Shown in pieces: positions 1-10,898 of a stretch of DNA of 57,100 nt. The DNA is from an uncultured Bacilli bacterium. Lineage in GTDB: Bacteria > Bacillota_I > Bacilli_A > RF39 > UBA660. The first letter of the stretch is position 1; each line of letters starts with the position of its first letter. A program made the translations under genes and the position numbers. Below the pieces are notes generated by a model. That model made no database searches. It was not told where the DNA came from and worked only from the letters and a program-made list of their open reading frames with translations. Location: NCBI GenBank assembly GCA_944358265.1, contig CALVQR010000003.1, positions 1 to 57,100 on the forward strand, in the 5' to 3' direction.

Positions 1-59
1 ACAATTCCTACTATAAATAATCCTATTATTAATCCTATTATCATTTTCCTTCTCCTCAT
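1..59 (-). CDS. 5' fragment of a membrane/secreted protein running off the window start
   Basis: Reads MRRRKMIIGLIIGLFIVGI: basic N-terminus then a hydrophobic stretch. Alternative ATG at 44 has a GAGGAG SD. Confidence 0.45.
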   Translation of the reverse strand, partial: MRRRKMIIGLIIGLFIVGI

Positions 60-99
60 ATTAAATATAATTTTTATTAATAAAGGTGGTCTAAAAATA

Positions 100-2919
100 A
101 TGAAAAAGAAAAAAAAGGTTAATACAAAAAATGAAAATAATAAAATAAACGAAAACAATAAAAAGAAGAAAAAAAAGAAATGGAAAAAAGTACTTAAAAT
201 ATTACTTAATATTTTCTTAATATTTTTACTTATATGTTTAATTGGGGGTATTATTTTTTCAATATATATTGTAAATAATGCACCAGAATTTGATCCTGAA
301 AACTTATATAGTGCAGAATCATCGATAGTATATGATAAAGATGGTAATCAAATTGCTAAACTAGGAGTTGAAAAAAGAAAAAATGTTGAATATGATGATT
401 TACCTCAAATATTAATTGATGCGATTATTGCAACTGAAGATTCAAGATACATGCAACATAATGGATTTGATTTACCTCGTTTCTTAAAAGCTGCCGCAGG
501 GCAAGTTGTTAATAAAATAACTGGAAGTGGCAATGCTGGTGGTGGATCAACACTAGATATGCAGGTAGTAAAAAACAGATATACATCAACTGTTGATTCT
601 GGTTTTGAAGGAATAGTTAGAAAATTTACTGATATATATATTTCTATATTTAAACTTGAAAAAAATTACTCTAAAGAAGAAATTTTAGAATTTTATGTTA
701 ATATTCCTTTCTTAGGAAATAGTTCATATGGTGTAGAACAAGCTTGTCAAAGTTATTTTGGCAAATCTGTTTCAGATATAAATTTAAGTGAAGCTGCTTT
801 AATTGCAGGATTATTCCAGGCGCCAACATCTTATGATCCATATAGAAATCCTGAACTTGCGACTGAAAGAAGAGAAACTGTTTTATATTTAATGCGTAGA
901 CATGGATATATTACAAAAGAAGAAGAAGAAATTGCAAATAGTATTCCCGTTAAGAGCTTACTTAGAGAATCTAACCCTGAATCATCTAGCAACCCATATC
1001 AATCATATTTAAATATAGTTATAGATGAAATTGAAGATAAAACTCAACTAAGTCCATATACAACGGGAATGAGGATATATACAAATTTAGATACAGCAAA
1101 GCAAACATTATTAAATGATATTATGGATGGAAAAACATGGACATGGAAAGATGAAAAAGTTCAAGCAGGTATTGCTGTTGTTGATGTAAATACTGGTGCA
1201 CTTGTTGCTGTTGGTGGAGGAAGAAACCAAAATGGTGAAAGAGTATTAAATTATGCATCAGACATAAAAAGACATATTGGTTCATGTGCAAAACCATTAT
1301 TTGATTATGGGCCAGCACTTGAATATAATAATGCTTCACTTGCAACACAAGTATATGATGGACCGCATTCATATTCTGGAGGAACAGCAGTACGAAATGT
1401 TGATGGTTCATATATGGGAATGATGACATATAAAACTGCTCTTGCCAATTCAAGAAACATACCAGCATTAAAAGTATTTCAATCAAATGATAATGCTAAA
1501 GTTAAAGAATTTGTTACAAAACTTGGAATTACTCCAGAAATTGATAGCTCCGGCACTTTACATGAAGCTCATGCATTAGGTGCATTTGACGGTTCTAATC
1601 CGGTTGAACTTGCCGCTGCATATGCTGCATTTGCTAATGGTGGTTATTATACTGAGCCATATACAGTTAATAAAATAGAATATATCGATACAGATAAAAC
1701 AGTAAGTCTTAAAAATAAGAAAACAAGAGCAATGTCTGACTCTACTGCGTTTATGATAACAGAAGCTTTAAAATATGCAGTTGAAAGCGTATGGAATATA
1801 GGTGGTAGAGTTAGTGGTGTAGATCTTGCTGCAAAAACTGGAACATCAAGTTTTAGTGATGAGGCAAGAAGAGAAAACGGATATCCTTCTAATGCAAATA
1901 GAGATATGTGGGTTACAGGTTATACCCCAGAATATTCTGTATCATTATGGTATGGATATGATAAAGCAGAAAGAGGATACTACCTTGCTAGCGATGGATA
2001 TTCTACACGTGGGAGATTATTTAGACAAGTAATTGCTGGCATATCAGATACAAGTGGAACTAAGAAATTTACTGTACCAAATAGTGTAGTTAAAGCAACA
2101 GTAGAGAAAGAAACATATCCATTAGCATTACCTAGTGAAAATACACCAGATTCTATGAAAGTTACTGATTACTTTAAACGAGGAACAGTTCCAACAGAAG
2201 TTTCTCCAAGATATAGTACTCTTCCTAATGCATCTGGTTTAAATGCAAAAGAAAATGGTAATACAATTGAACTTTCTTGGAAAGCAGCTACAAAACCAGA
2301 ACATTTAACAGATGAATATTTATTAAAATCTATAGAACCATTATATGGCCAAAAAGCACAAGAGCAACTTGCCGCAAGAAAAGCAGCAGATGGTGAATTC
2401 GGTTATGAAGTTTTAGTAAAAGATAACTCTACAGGAACTACAAGTTCTTTAGGCTTTACAACTTCAACAACATTTAAAACTACTAAACAAAATAAAGATG
2501 TTACTTATATAGTAAAAACATGTCTAAGTAATTTAAGAATAACCGCAAGTAGTGGAATATCTATAGAAGTTAAAAATGAAAATCAAGAAACAACAACTAA
2601 TTTAATCACTTATAAAATTAATGGGAATGAACAAGATATAGCAACTATTAATAAAGCTTATATAGACCCAGGAATTGTTGTATATAGTAATGGAATAGAT
2701 GTTACTGATGAAGCTACTATTACTGTTTCTTGTTCTGAACTAGGCACAAGCAACAAAAACCAAAAAGAAACATATACATTTACAAAAGAAGGTAAATATA
2801 TATTAAAATATAATATAAAATATAATGACGAAGTTGAAACTGCAACTAGAACAATAACTGTTAGTGCCGATTCTTCTAATACATCCCCAGAACCTACAAC
2901 ACCAGAGATAACACAATAA
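100..2919 (+). CDS. ponA: Class A penicillin-binding protein PBP1A (transglycosylase + transpeptidase, C-terminal Fn3/Ig-like region)
   Basis: Basic tail and TM helix; GT51 motifs EDSRY..HNGFD and GGSTLDMQVVKN; transpeptidase SCAK, SRN and KTGT. Confidence 0.92.
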   Translation: MKKKKKVNTKNENNKINENNKKKKKKKWKKVLKILLNIFLIFLLICLIGGIIFSIYIVNNAPEFDPENLYSAESSIVYDKDGNQIAKLGVEKRKNVEYDDLPQILIDAIIATEDSRYMQHNGFDLPRFLKAAAGQVVNKITGSGNAGGGSTLDMQVVKNRYTSTVDSGFEGIVRKFTDIYISIFKLEKNYSKEEILEFYVNIPFLGNSSYGVEQACQSYFGKSVSDINLSEAALIAGLFQAPTSYDPYRNPELATERRETVLYLMRRHGYITKEEEEIANSIPVKSLLRESNPESSSNPYQSYLNIVIDEIEDKTQLSPYTTGMRIYTNLDTAKQTLLNDIMDGKTWTWKDEKVQAGIAVVDVNTGALVAVGGGRNQNGERVLNYASDIKRHIGSCAKPLFDYGPALEYNNASLATQVYDGPHSYSGGTAVRNVDGSYMGMMTYKTALANSRNIPALKVFQSNDNAKVKEFVTKLGITPEIDSSGTLHEAHALGAFDGSNPVELAAAYAAFANGGYYTEPYTVNKIEYIDTDKTVSLKNKKTRAMSDSTAFMITEALKYAVESVWNIGGRVSGVDLAAKTGTSSFSDEARRENGYPSNANRDMWVTGYTPEYSVSLWYGYDKAERGYYLASDGYSTRGRLFRQVIAGISDTSGTKKFTVPNSVVKATVEKETYPLALPSENTPDSMKVTDYFKRGTVPTEVSPRYSTLPNASGLNAKENGNTIELSWKAATKPEHLTDEYLLKSIEPLYGQKAQEQLAARKAADGEFGYEVLVKDNSTGTTSSLGFTTSTTFKTTKQNKDVTYIVKTCLSNLRITASSGISIEVKNENQETTTNLITYKINGNEQDIATINKAYIDPGIVVYSNGIDVTDEATITVSCSELGTSNKNQKETYTFTKEGKYILKYNIKYNDEVETATRTITVSADSSNTSPEPTTPEITQ

Positions 2920-2947
2920 AAGAAAACATAAAAGTGAATTAATCAAT

Positions 2948-2980
2948 AAAAAGTAAACACAAAAAAGTGTTTACTTTTTT
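2948..2980. terminator. Bidirectional intrinsic terminator between ponA and spoIVA
   Basis: AAAAAGTAAACAC-aaaaaa-GTGTTTACTTTTTT perfect hairpin between convergent genes. Confidence 0.85.
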
Positions 2981-2993
2981 AATTAAAAAATAG

Positions 2994-4469
2994 CTATAAT
3001 ACTATAGCTATCATATTATTTGAGCCTTTATTTACAACTTTACATAATGTACTTTGGAGTTTATATCTTAAATTATCTGGCATTAATGATAATTTTGCTT
3101 GTATTCCTTCTTGAACAATTACATCTAGACTTCTACCAAATATTTCGCTTTTCCAAATGCTTTCTCCTTCATCTTGATTTTTTGTTAAATAATTAATAAG
3201 TTCTTTAGATTGAAGTTCTGATCCTATAATAGGTTCGAAAGTACTCTCTACATCTACTCTTATCATATGAATAGATGGTGCGACTGCTTTTAATTTAACG
3301 CCATATCTACCACCTTGTTTAACTACTTCTGGCGTATCTAACTTCATATCTTTTAATGTTGGTATTGCAATACCATATCCAGTAGATTTAACCATTTTAA
3401 GTGCATTCTTATATTGTTCAAATTCTTCTTTAGTATCATTATATTCTTGAAATATTGATAAAAGGGAGGCTCTACTATTTATATTTGTTCCTATTATTTC
3501 TTTTAATACCTCATCATATAAATTATTAGGTGCAGTTAATGTAATTGTCACTTCTCCTTTTGAAGGATCTACTCCTGACATATATGATTTCTCTATTTGA
3601 TCACATTCTCTAAAATTTTTATTTATAGTTTCGATATCTCTTAGTTTATCAACTTCTATAACAGAATCTCTTATTTGATCCATATATACTTTTTTTATTG
3701 GATGATTTGAATTAAGACATGCAATCCAATCTGGAATATCTACTTTTATATTAAGTACTGGAAATTCATATAAAGCTTCTTTTAATATATTATATACATC
3801 TTTTTCATTCATTGTTTCTACACTTATTGGTATTACTGGTACCCCATGTTCCTCTTTTAATTTGTCTGCTAATCTCTCTGTTTCTGGAAGTGTTGGGTGT
3901 GATGAATTTAAAAGTACTATAAATGGTTTGCCTATTTCTTTAAGTTCACTAATAACCTCATTTTCTGCCTCTACATAATTATTTCTTGTAATATCTCCTA
4001 TACTTCCATCAGTAGTTACCACTATACCAATTGTAGAATGATCCCTAATAACCTTTTCAGTACCAATTTCAGCAGCTTCAACAAAAGGAATATCTTCATC
4101 ATACCAAGGAGTTTTTACCATTCTTGGTTCTCCCATTTCATCTTCATAACCTTTAGCTGCAGGAACTACATAACCAACACAATCAACTAGTCTTATGTTT
4201 GCTTCAAATTCATCAACTTTTATTTTTGCAGCATTACTTGGAACAAATTTAGGCTCAATTGTCATAATAGTTTTGCCTTGAGCTGTTTGAGGAATTTCAT
4301 CCAAACATCTTTTTCTTTCATATTCATCTTCAATATTAGGTACAACTAAATTTTCTATAAATTTTTTAATAAAAGTTGATTTACCAGTTCTCACTGCTCC
4401 TACTACACCTAAGTAAATATCTCCACCAGTTCTTTCTGATATACTCTTTATAATATCTATTTTTTCCAT
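2994..4469 (-). CDS. spoIVA: Stage IV sporulation protein A (coat morphogenetic ATPase)
   Basis: RTGGDIYLGVVGAVRTGKSTFIKKF, RLVDCVGY, HSTIGIVVTTDGSI; 491 aa, typical length. Confidence 0.97.
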   Translation of the reverse strand: MEKIDIIKSISERTGGDIYLGVVGAVRTGKSTFIKKFIENLVVPNIEDEYERKRCLDEIPQTAQGKTIMTIEPKFVPSNAAKIKVDEFEANIRLVDCVGYVVPAAKGYEDEMGEPRMVKTPWYDEDIPFVEAAEIGTEKVIRDHSTIGIVVTTDGSIGDITRNNYVEAENEVISELKEIGKPFIVLLNSSHPTLPETERLADKLKEEHGVPVIPISVETMNEKDVYNILKEALYEFPVLNIKVDIPDWIACLNSNHPIKKVYMDQIRDSVIEVDKLRDIETINKNFRECDQIEKSYMSGVDPSKGEVTITLTAPNNLYDEVLKEIIGTNINSRASLLSIFQEYNDTKEEFEQYKNALKMVKSTGYGIAIPTLKDMKLDTPEVVKQGGRYGVKLKAVAPSIHMIRVDVESTFEPIIGSELQSKELINYLTKNQDEGESIWKSEIFGRSLDVIVQEGIQAKLSLMPDNLRYKLQSTLCKVVNKGSNNMIAIVL

Positions 4470-4492
4470 TTAATCCCTACTTTCTTTATTAA

Positions 4493-4518
4493 ACTATATG
4501 ATTGATTAAAAAAGTTAT
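4493..4518 (-). promoter_or_regulatory. sigE-type promoter of spoIVA
   Basis: Minus strand ATA-N15-CATATAGT upstream of the SD; spoIVA is a known sigE target in B. subtilis. Confidence 0.6.
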
Positions 4519-4554
4519 TACAAAAATGTAAAATAAAAACTCTATTATTAGAGT

Positions 4555-4797
4555 TTATATCATTTTATCTAAATTATTAGGTATCTTATCATTTACAACT
4601 GCACTTATTATTTTATCTTCTTGTTCTTTTGATACCTCTTTCCCAGTCATTTGACTAAGTTCATGAATTACTTCTCTTAATGTATTTTCATCTTTCATTT
4701 TATCACCTTGAAGTTTTTGTGCAAGACTTACAATTGTTGATTTTTTTACATTAGTTTTATTTTCTACTTTCTTAAAAAAGTTATCACTTAGGTTCAC
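4555..4797 (-). CDS. spoVIF: Stage VI sporulation protein F-like
   Basis: 80 aa, FFKKVENKT..DENTLREVIHELSQMTGKEVSKEQEDKII pattern; GAGGTG SD; CATATATTA sigK/E-like -10 at 4818-4826. Confidence 0.75.
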   Translation of the reverse strand: MNLSDNFFKKVENKTNVKKSTIVSLAQKLQGDKMKDENTLREVIHELSQMTGKEVSKEQEDKIISAVVNDKIPNNLDKMI

Positions 4798-4843
4798 TTA
4801 AACCATCACCTCTAGTCTAATATATGAAAAATTAGACTTTTGG

Positions 4844-6154
4844 TTACTCTTCACCTTTACTTTTAAATTGAAGTATTATTGGTGTCCCTTCAAAATCAAA
4901 ATTCTCCCTTATTTTGTTTTCTAAATATCTAGCATAGGAAAAATGTACTAAACCTTTACTATTTACATTTAAATTAAATTTTGGTGGCATTATACCTGAT
5001 TGTGATGAGAAATATATTTTAAGTCTTTTCCCTTTATATGATGGTGCGGGATTTAATGCATAAGCATCGTTTATTACCTGATTTAGTAAACTTGTTTTTA
5101 CTTCTCTCCTTGAATTTTCATACACTCTAATTATTTCAGGCATAAGTGTATGAATTCTTTTTTTAGTTAATGCACTTAAAAATACAATAGGAACATAACT
5201 TAAAAACTGAAATTCGGCTCTCATTTTTTTAGTATAAGATTTAATATCATTTTTATCGTCTACTGTATCCCATTTATTAACAACAAGAACCATTGGCTTT
5301 CCAGCTTCTAGTGCATATGCAGCAATATGTTTATCATGTTCTATAATACCTTCTTCAGCATTAATAACAATTACACATACATCACTACGTTCAATTGATT
5401 TCATTGCTCTAAATAAACTATATTTTTCAACAGATTCAAATATTTTTCCTTTTTTTCTCATACCCGCAGTATCTATGACTACATAATCTTTTTTTTCATA
5501 TTTAAATTTTGTATCCACTGAATCTCTAGTAGTCCCCGCTTTATCACTAACTATTACTCTGTCTTCGTTTAAAATTGCATTTGTTAAAGAACTTTTACCT
5601 ACATTTGGTCTACCTATTAAACAAAATTTAATTGCTAAATCCTCTGTATCTTCGGTATATTTATTAAAATCTTTTGTAATTTCATTTAACAATTTATCAA
5701 AATTTATACCATGTTCTCCACTTATTGGAATATATTTATCAAAACCAAGTTCATAAAAATCATATATGTTATCATGATGCTTTTTGTTATCCATTTTATT
5801 AATTGCTACTATAATTCTTTTATTTGATTTATATAATATATCTCTTACGACATAATCATTTGAAGTTAGTCCTTCTTTACCATCTACAACAAAAACTACT
5901 ACATCTGCCTCTTCTATTGCAATTTCAGCCTGAATTTTTATTTCATTATTAAAGGTTTCTTTACCTACATCAATACCACCCGTATCAATTAGATTAAATT
6001 TATAATCTTTATAATTTACAGTACCATATATTCTATCTCTTGTTATACCTGGAACATCTTCAATTATTGATATTTTCTTTCCAACTATTCTATTAAATAT
6101 TGTTGACTTCCCTACATTTGGACTTCCAACAAGTGCAACTGTTGGTAATTTCAT
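4844..6154 (-). CDS. der: Ribosome biogenesis GTPase Der/EngA
   Basis: Two GTPase domains (GSPNVGKS..DTGG; GRPNVGKS..DTAG) and C-terminal FDFEGTPI. Start moved to ATG 6154 after AGAGGTG. Confidence 0.96.
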   Translation of the reverse strand: MKLPTVALVGSPNVGKSTIFNRIVGKKISIIEDVPGITRDRIYGTVNYKDYKFNLIDTGGIDVGKETFNNEIKIQAEIAIEEADVVVFVVDGKEGLTSNDYVVRDILYKSNKRIIVAINKMDNKKHHDNIYDFYELGFDKYIPISGEHGINFDKLLNEITKDFNKYTEDTEDLAIKFCLIGRPNVGKSSLTNAILNEDRVIVSDKAGTTRDSVDTKFKYEKKDYVVIDTAGMRKKGKIFESVEKYSLFRAMKSIERSDVCVIVINAEEGIIEHDKHIAAYALEAGKPMVLVVNKWDTVDDKNDIKSYTKKMRAEFQFLSYVPIVFLSALTKKRIHTLMPEIIRVYENSRREVKTSLLNQVINDAYALNPAPSYKGKRLKIYFSSQSGIMPPKFNLNVNSKGLVHFSYARYLENKIRENFDFEGTPIILQFKSKGEE

Positions 6155-6211
6155 AAGAAACACCTCTTTTCTGATAGTTAATTATACCACAATTATAAAA
6201 AAAAAAGAAGT

Positions 6212-6652
6212 TTATATTTTTATTCCTTTCCCTATTATTTTATAAACATCAGTCCCATATATAATATTTGCATCTTCAAAGATATTAATATTAATATCTT
6301 TGATATTAACAAAAAATCTATCATTATAATGATATATCTCATAATCTAAATAATTTAATACATCTTCAATTTCATATAAAAAAAGAGAATCCTTTTTTAT
6401 ATTTAATTTTAAATTAACAACATTATCATATAAACTAAAGCTTTTTTTATCTATTTCTAAAATCATTCCATAATATTTATTAACATATAAATCTAAAATA
6501 TAAGAACTTTTAAATTCTATATTATAATATTTATTTAATTTATCAAATACATTTATTAATGTATCTTTTATATTTAAATCATAATATTTATCATCAAATA
6601 AATAAACTATTATTTTATCTTTACTACTTTCAACTTTCATAAAACACATCAC
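6212..6652 (-). CDS. Hypothetical protein, weak resemblance to the MecA/YpbH adaptor family
   Basis: 146-aa ORF, MKVE..DKIIVYL..GMILEI; CATATAAT motif upstream. Confidence 0.5.
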   Translation of the reverse strand: MMCFMKVESSKDKIIVYLFDDKYYDLNIKDTLINVFDKLNKYYNIEFKSSYILDLYVNKYYGMILEIDKKSFSLYDNVVNLKLNIKKDSLFLYEIEDVLNYLDYEIYHYNDRFFVNIKDININIFEDANIIYGTDVYKIIGKGIKI

Positions 6653-6679
6653 ACTAAATTATATGAAAAAAATGAAGAA

Positions 6680-7276
6680 TTACTCTTCATTTTGATAAAC
6701 TATTTCATCTATTTTTTTTACAATATCATTCTTGCCCAATTTTGTAGAACTAGAAAATAATACAAAATTATCACCTTCTTTAATATTTAATGTATCTTTT
6801 ATTAATTTTTCTTGTTTATCTCTAAATGTTCTACCTATTTTATCTACCTTAGTTGCTACTATAGTGACATTTAAATCATAATATTTCAAAAAATTATACA
6901 TAAGTAAATCATCTTGCGTTGGTTTATGTCTAAAATCTATAAGTAAAAATACTTCTTTTAAATTATTTCTATTTGCAAGATATTCTTCTATCATCATACC
7001 AAATTTTTGTTGTCTTTCCTTGCTTACATTTGCAAATCCATACCCTGGTACATCTACTAAATAAAAATCATTATTAACATTATAAAAATTTAAAGTTTGC
7101 GTTTTTCCTGGTTTACCTGAAACTCTGGCAAAGTTTTTCCTTTCTATAATTGAATTTATAAAACTACTTTTACCTACATTACTTCTACCAACAAGTAATA
7201 ATTCAGGTTTATTATCCGTAGGATATTGGCTTTGTCTAACTGCGCTAATAGTGAGTTCGACACTGTTAATTTTCAT
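6680..7276 (-). CDS. engB: GTP-binding protein EngB/YsxC
   Basis: GRSNVGKSS, KPGKTQTLNFY, DVPGYG, TKVDK. Confidence 0.95.
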   Translation of the reverse strand: MKINSVELTISAVRQSQYPTDNKPELLLVGRSNVGKSSFINSIIERKNFARVSGKPGKTQTLNFYNVNNDFYLVDVPGYGFANVSKERQQKFGMMIEEYLANRNNLKEVFLLIDFRHKPTQDDLLMYNFLKYYDLNVTIVATKVDKIGRTFRDKQEKLIKDTLNIKEGDNFVLFSSSTKLGKNDIVKKIDEIVYQNEE

Positions 7277-7327
7277 TTTTATCACCATAACAATTATATC
7301 AAATTAAAAAAAATAAAGCAAATTGCC

Positions 7328-8284
7328 TTATTTTTTATATTTTTTATATTCAATACATAATTGATCTAGATCATTTACAATGTCTTCCATTTCATCAAAA
7401 GTCTTAATTCTAGCACCTGATGCAAATTTATGTCCACCACCATTATGTCTTTCTAAAACTTTATTAATAACAGGTCCTCGACTCCTTACATTTACTCTGA
7501 TTAAACCTTGTTTTATATCTTCAGAAAATGTTACCCAAACTAGAACTTCATCTATATTATTAAAATTATTTACTAAATTCCCACTGCTTGCTGGATCTAC
7601 TTCAAATTGCTTTATTATTTCATCTGTTAGTTTTATATATCCAAGACCATTTTCTGTTACTATTAGATTTTGATACATATAACCCTGTAATCTAATTTCT
7701 GATAATGGTCTTCTATATAAATCATCATATAAAGAAGTAAAATCTATACCTGTATCATCTATCATTTTTGATACTATTCTCATTGTATCTGCAGTTGTAT
7801 AATAGAATAAAAATCTATTTGTATCAGATACTAATCCCATAAACAATCTTTCTGCAGCATATTTATTTATTTTTAACTTTGTACCATAACATAATTCCAT
7901 TATCATTTGACATACACTTGATTTAGTATCATCTACCCATTTAATAGAACCAAATTCATCTATTTCAGGATGATGATCTATTTTTATTACATCTTTAAAA
8001 TCATTAATGCTATTTATTCCATCAATTCTTTTTAAATCAGGTGTATCAAGTACAATTAATAAAGCATCCTTAAATTTACTTTCATTTATTTTATCAATAG
8101 TTCCCATAAATTTAAATTTAGATGCCGAAGCACCTACAGTATATACTTCTTTTTTAGGAAAAGTTTCTTTTATTATTTCTCTTAATCCTATTGAACTACC
8201 TAAAGCATCAGGATCTGCACCTATATGTCTTGCTATAACAATAATATCATTTTCTTTAATTTTTTTATATATTGCTTTTTTCAT
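7328..8284 (-). CDS. nrnA: DHH/DHHA1 oligoribonuclease / pAp phosphatase
   Basis: H..DPDALGS, IDHH, SDT, GGGHKFASG motifs. Confidence 0.9.
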   Translation of the reverse strand: MKKAIYKKIKENDIIVIARHIGADPDALGSSIGLREIIKETFPKKEVYTVGASASKFKFMGTIDKINESKFKDALLIVLDTPDLKRIDGINSINDFKDVIKIDHHPEIDEFGSIKWVDDTKSSVCQMIMELCYGTKLKINKYAAERLFMGLVSDTNRFLFYYTTADTMRIVSKMIDDTGIDFTSLYDDLYRRPLSEIRLQGYMYQNLIVTENGLGYIKLTDEIIKQFEVDPASSGNLVNNFNNIDEVLVWVTFSEDIKQGLIRVNVRSRGPVINKVLERHNGGGHKFASGARIKTFDEMEDIVNDLDQLCIEYKKYKK

Positions 8285-8296
8285 ATTACTCTCTTT

Positions 8297-9478
8297 CTAT
8301 ATTAAACTATATGTATCTCTCGCTATAACAACTTCTTCATCAGTAGGTATTACAAATACTTTTACAGTTGAGTCAGGAGTTGATATTAAACCTTCTTTAC
8401 CAAATCTTAGTTCATCGTTTTTTTCTCTATCTATTTTAATGCCTAAACATGAAAGTCTATCTACAACCATTCTTCTTATATGTGGTGCATTTTCACCTAC
8501 ACCTGCTGTGAAACAAAGTGCATCAACCCCACCCAATTCAACATAATATTTTGCAATATAACCTACAATTGAATTGACATACATATGATGTGCAAGTATA
8601 CTTGGTTTATGATTCTCTGCAATCTTAACATCTATATCTCTAAAATCACTACTAACTTCACTTATACCAAGCATTCCACTTTTTTTATTTAAACAATTAT
8701 CCACTTCTTGAATGCTCATTCCTGTTTTATTCATAATATACGGAATCATCCCATAATCAATATCACCACTTCTTGAGCCCATTACAATACCAGCATTTGG
8801 TGTAAATCCCATTGTTGTATCAATACATCTACCATCTCTTACTGCACTAATACTTCCACCATTCCCTAAATGGCAAACAATAACATTTGCAAGATCTTTA
8901 TCTAATAATTCCATTGCTCTTTCTGATACATATTTATGACTCATCCCATGAAATCCATATTTTCTAACACCATATTTAGTGTACCATTCATTAGGAACTG
9001 CATATCTATATCTATCTTCTTTCATTGTTTGATGAAATGCAGTGTCAAAGCATCCTACTTGAATAGCATTAGGTATTTGTTTCATAAAAGCATAAACACC
9101 TGATATATTAGACGGGTTATGTAAAGGGGCAAGTTCATTTAATGTAGAGATATCTTTTAATATTTCATCATTTAATATTAATGATTTAGAATATTTATCT
9201 GCACCATGAACTATTCTATGACCAACACCCTTTATTTCATCTAAAGAATTAATAACTTTATTTTCAAGTAATTCATTAATTAATATATTAACTGCTATCT
9301 CATGATTAGCAAGTTCTGCTTCTTTTTTTATTTTTTCTCCATTTATTTTAATAGTATAAAAACTATTATCTAGACCTATTCTTTCAAATACACCTGAAAT
9401 TAATACTTTTTCTTCTGGCATTTCGTACATTTGAAATTTTAATGAAGAACTACCAGCATTTACTGATAAAATTTTCAT
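8297..9478 (-). CDS. ackA: Acetate kinase
   Basis: ILSVNAGSSSLK, GHRIVHG, APLHNP, FDTAFHQT, HLGNGGS, TAGVGEN, IPTDEE. Confidence 0.97.
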   Translation of the reverse strand: MKILSVNAGSSSLKFQMYEMPEEKVLISGVFERIGLDNSFYTIKINGEKIKKEAELANHEIAVNILINELLENKVINSLDEIKGVGHRIVHGADKYSKSLILNDEILKDISTLNELAPLHNPSNISGVYAFMKQIPNAIQVGCFDTAFHQTMKEDRYRYAVPNEWYTKYGVRKYGFHGMSHKYVSERAMELLDKDLANVIVCHLGNGGSISAVRDGRCIDTTMGFTPNAGIVMGSRSGDIDYGMIPYIMNKTGMSIQEVDNCLNKKSGMLGISEVSSDFRDIDVKIAENHKPSILAHHMYVNSIVGYIAKYYVELGGVDALCFTAGVGENAPHIRRMVVDRLSCLGIKIDREKNDELRFGKEGLISTPDSTVKVFVIPTDEEVVIARDTYSLI

Positions 9479-9560
9479 ATAATCACCTCTATATATATTA
9501 TACACTAATTATATTTTTAATTAAAGAACAGATAAAGAAAAAAACATATTTTTACATATG

Positions 9561-10451
9561 TTATTTTATCTTCATTATTAAATTAACTATAATTACTGCA
9601 TATATAAGAACAATTATCGTCAATATAATTATATCTGCGAATCCTGCTTTTGCTATATCTGTGTCTGGTTTAATATCTGATGTTATATCATTTGTAGTAG
9701 GTAAAGCATTTGGTATATCAATTTTTTCTTCTTTTTTATTCAAACCCAAAACATTTATTCTATCATTTACCTGCGTTGTATATTTATTTTTAGCATTTGT
9801 GATTTGTTCTGCTGTAAAATTAATATTTTTTAATTTTGCTGCTTCTACATATACTAATATATTATCAAAACTTAAATCTATTAAATTATTAATTTCAATA
9901 TTTTCTGAGTTTTCTTTATTTACGATACATTTGCCTGTAATATCATATGAATTTAGACTTGTTGGCAACTTTTTATTATTTTTTATACAATCTATGACAT
10001 TTTCAACACTATTATCAGTAACTATTTTAATTGCTTTATTTATATTTATCTTACCTGTTGAATCAATTGCAAATGATTCAAGTGCTTTATTTATTAAATT
10101 TTCATTTTTGGAAACAATACATTTATTAAGTTCTTCTAAATTCGTAGGAACTTTATCAGATATACTTGTTGTATCTAATTGTTCTATAGGCTCTTCTATT
10201 ACTAAATCATTTAAACTATTAACATTATTTAAAGTTTCTATCTCTTCTTTTTCAACAAAGTTATCAAAATCAAATAGATTTTTTTCTAATATATCTATAG
10301 AAACTCTTTTTTCAATTCCATTTTTTTGTAAAACTACTTTACCATTATCTGGATCCATACCTTTTATTATTCCACTTCCTGCTAAATCAGGATGAGCTGT
10401 ACAGTATGTAAAAATTCTTTTTTGGATATTTTTTGATTCTTCTATTGTCAT
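9561..10451 (-). CDS. Hypothetical protein with a single C-terminal TM anchor
   Basis: 296-aa ORF, AGGAGG SD, ends KAGFADIIILTIIVLIYAVIIVNLIMKIK. Confidence 0.75.
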   Translation of the reverse strand: MTIEESKNIQKRIFTYCTAHPDLAGSGIIKGMDPDNGKVVLQKNGIEKRVSIDILEKNLFDFDNFVEKEEIETLNNVNSLNDLVIEEPIEQLDTTSISDKVPTNLEELNKCIVSKNENLINKALESFAIDSTGKININKAIKIVTDNSVENVIDCIKNNKKLPTSLNSYDITGKCIVNKENSENIEINNLIDLSFDNILVYVEAAKLKNINFTAEQITNAKNKYTTQVNDRINVLGLNKKEEKIDIPNALPTTNDITSDIKPDTDIAKAGFADIIILTIIVLIYAVIIVNLIMKIK

Positions 10452-10581
10452 ATTGCTTCCTCCTAGTCTGCCTATATTAACATTATAGCATATAAAAACA
10501 AAAAATGGTATATTTTTTTTAAAAAAAGCAAACTACATTATTGCTATATAGTTTGCTTAAATATATATTAATAAATATTAA

Positions 10582-10797
10582 CTATTTATTTTGCATATTA
10601 TAATTTCCACTTATTTGAGATTGACCCATTTGAACTAATCTACGAGTAATTTCACCACCTACTGAACCATTAGCTCTAGCAGTAGCATCAGCACCTAATT
10701 GAACACCGAATTCGTTAGCTATTTCGTATTTCATTCTTTCGATAGCTTCTTTTGAACCTGGAGTAACTAATTTATTTTTATTTGATCCGCTTGTCAT
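10582..10797 (-). CDS. Alpha/beta-type small acid-soluble spore protein
   Basis: MKYEIANEFGVQLGADATARANGSVGGEITRRLV; EIANE resembles the GPR cleavage site. Confidence 0.95.
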   Translation of the reverse strand: MTSGSNKNKLVTPGSKEAIERMKYEIANEFGVQLGADATARANGSVGGEITRRLVQMGQSQISGNYNMQNK

Positions 10798-10822
10798 TTG
10801 TCTTTCACCTCCTATACATTTA

Positions 10823-10851
10823 TAGAATGTGAAATTTTTAACATATCATAC
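10823..10851 (-). promoter_or_regulatory. sigG-type promoter of the SASP gene
   Basis: Minus strand GTATG-N17-CATTCTA followed by AGGAGGTG SD. Confidence 0.7.
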
Positions 10852-10898
10852 ATTTAATTATTTGGTAATTAGTGGAAAAAAAGATTAAATATTTTTAT

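Noticed and set aside
100-190. Poly-A/Lys-rich low-complexity tract at the start of ponA as a phase-variation site
   Set aside because: Typical basic cytoplasmic tail of class A PBPs; the frame is intact.
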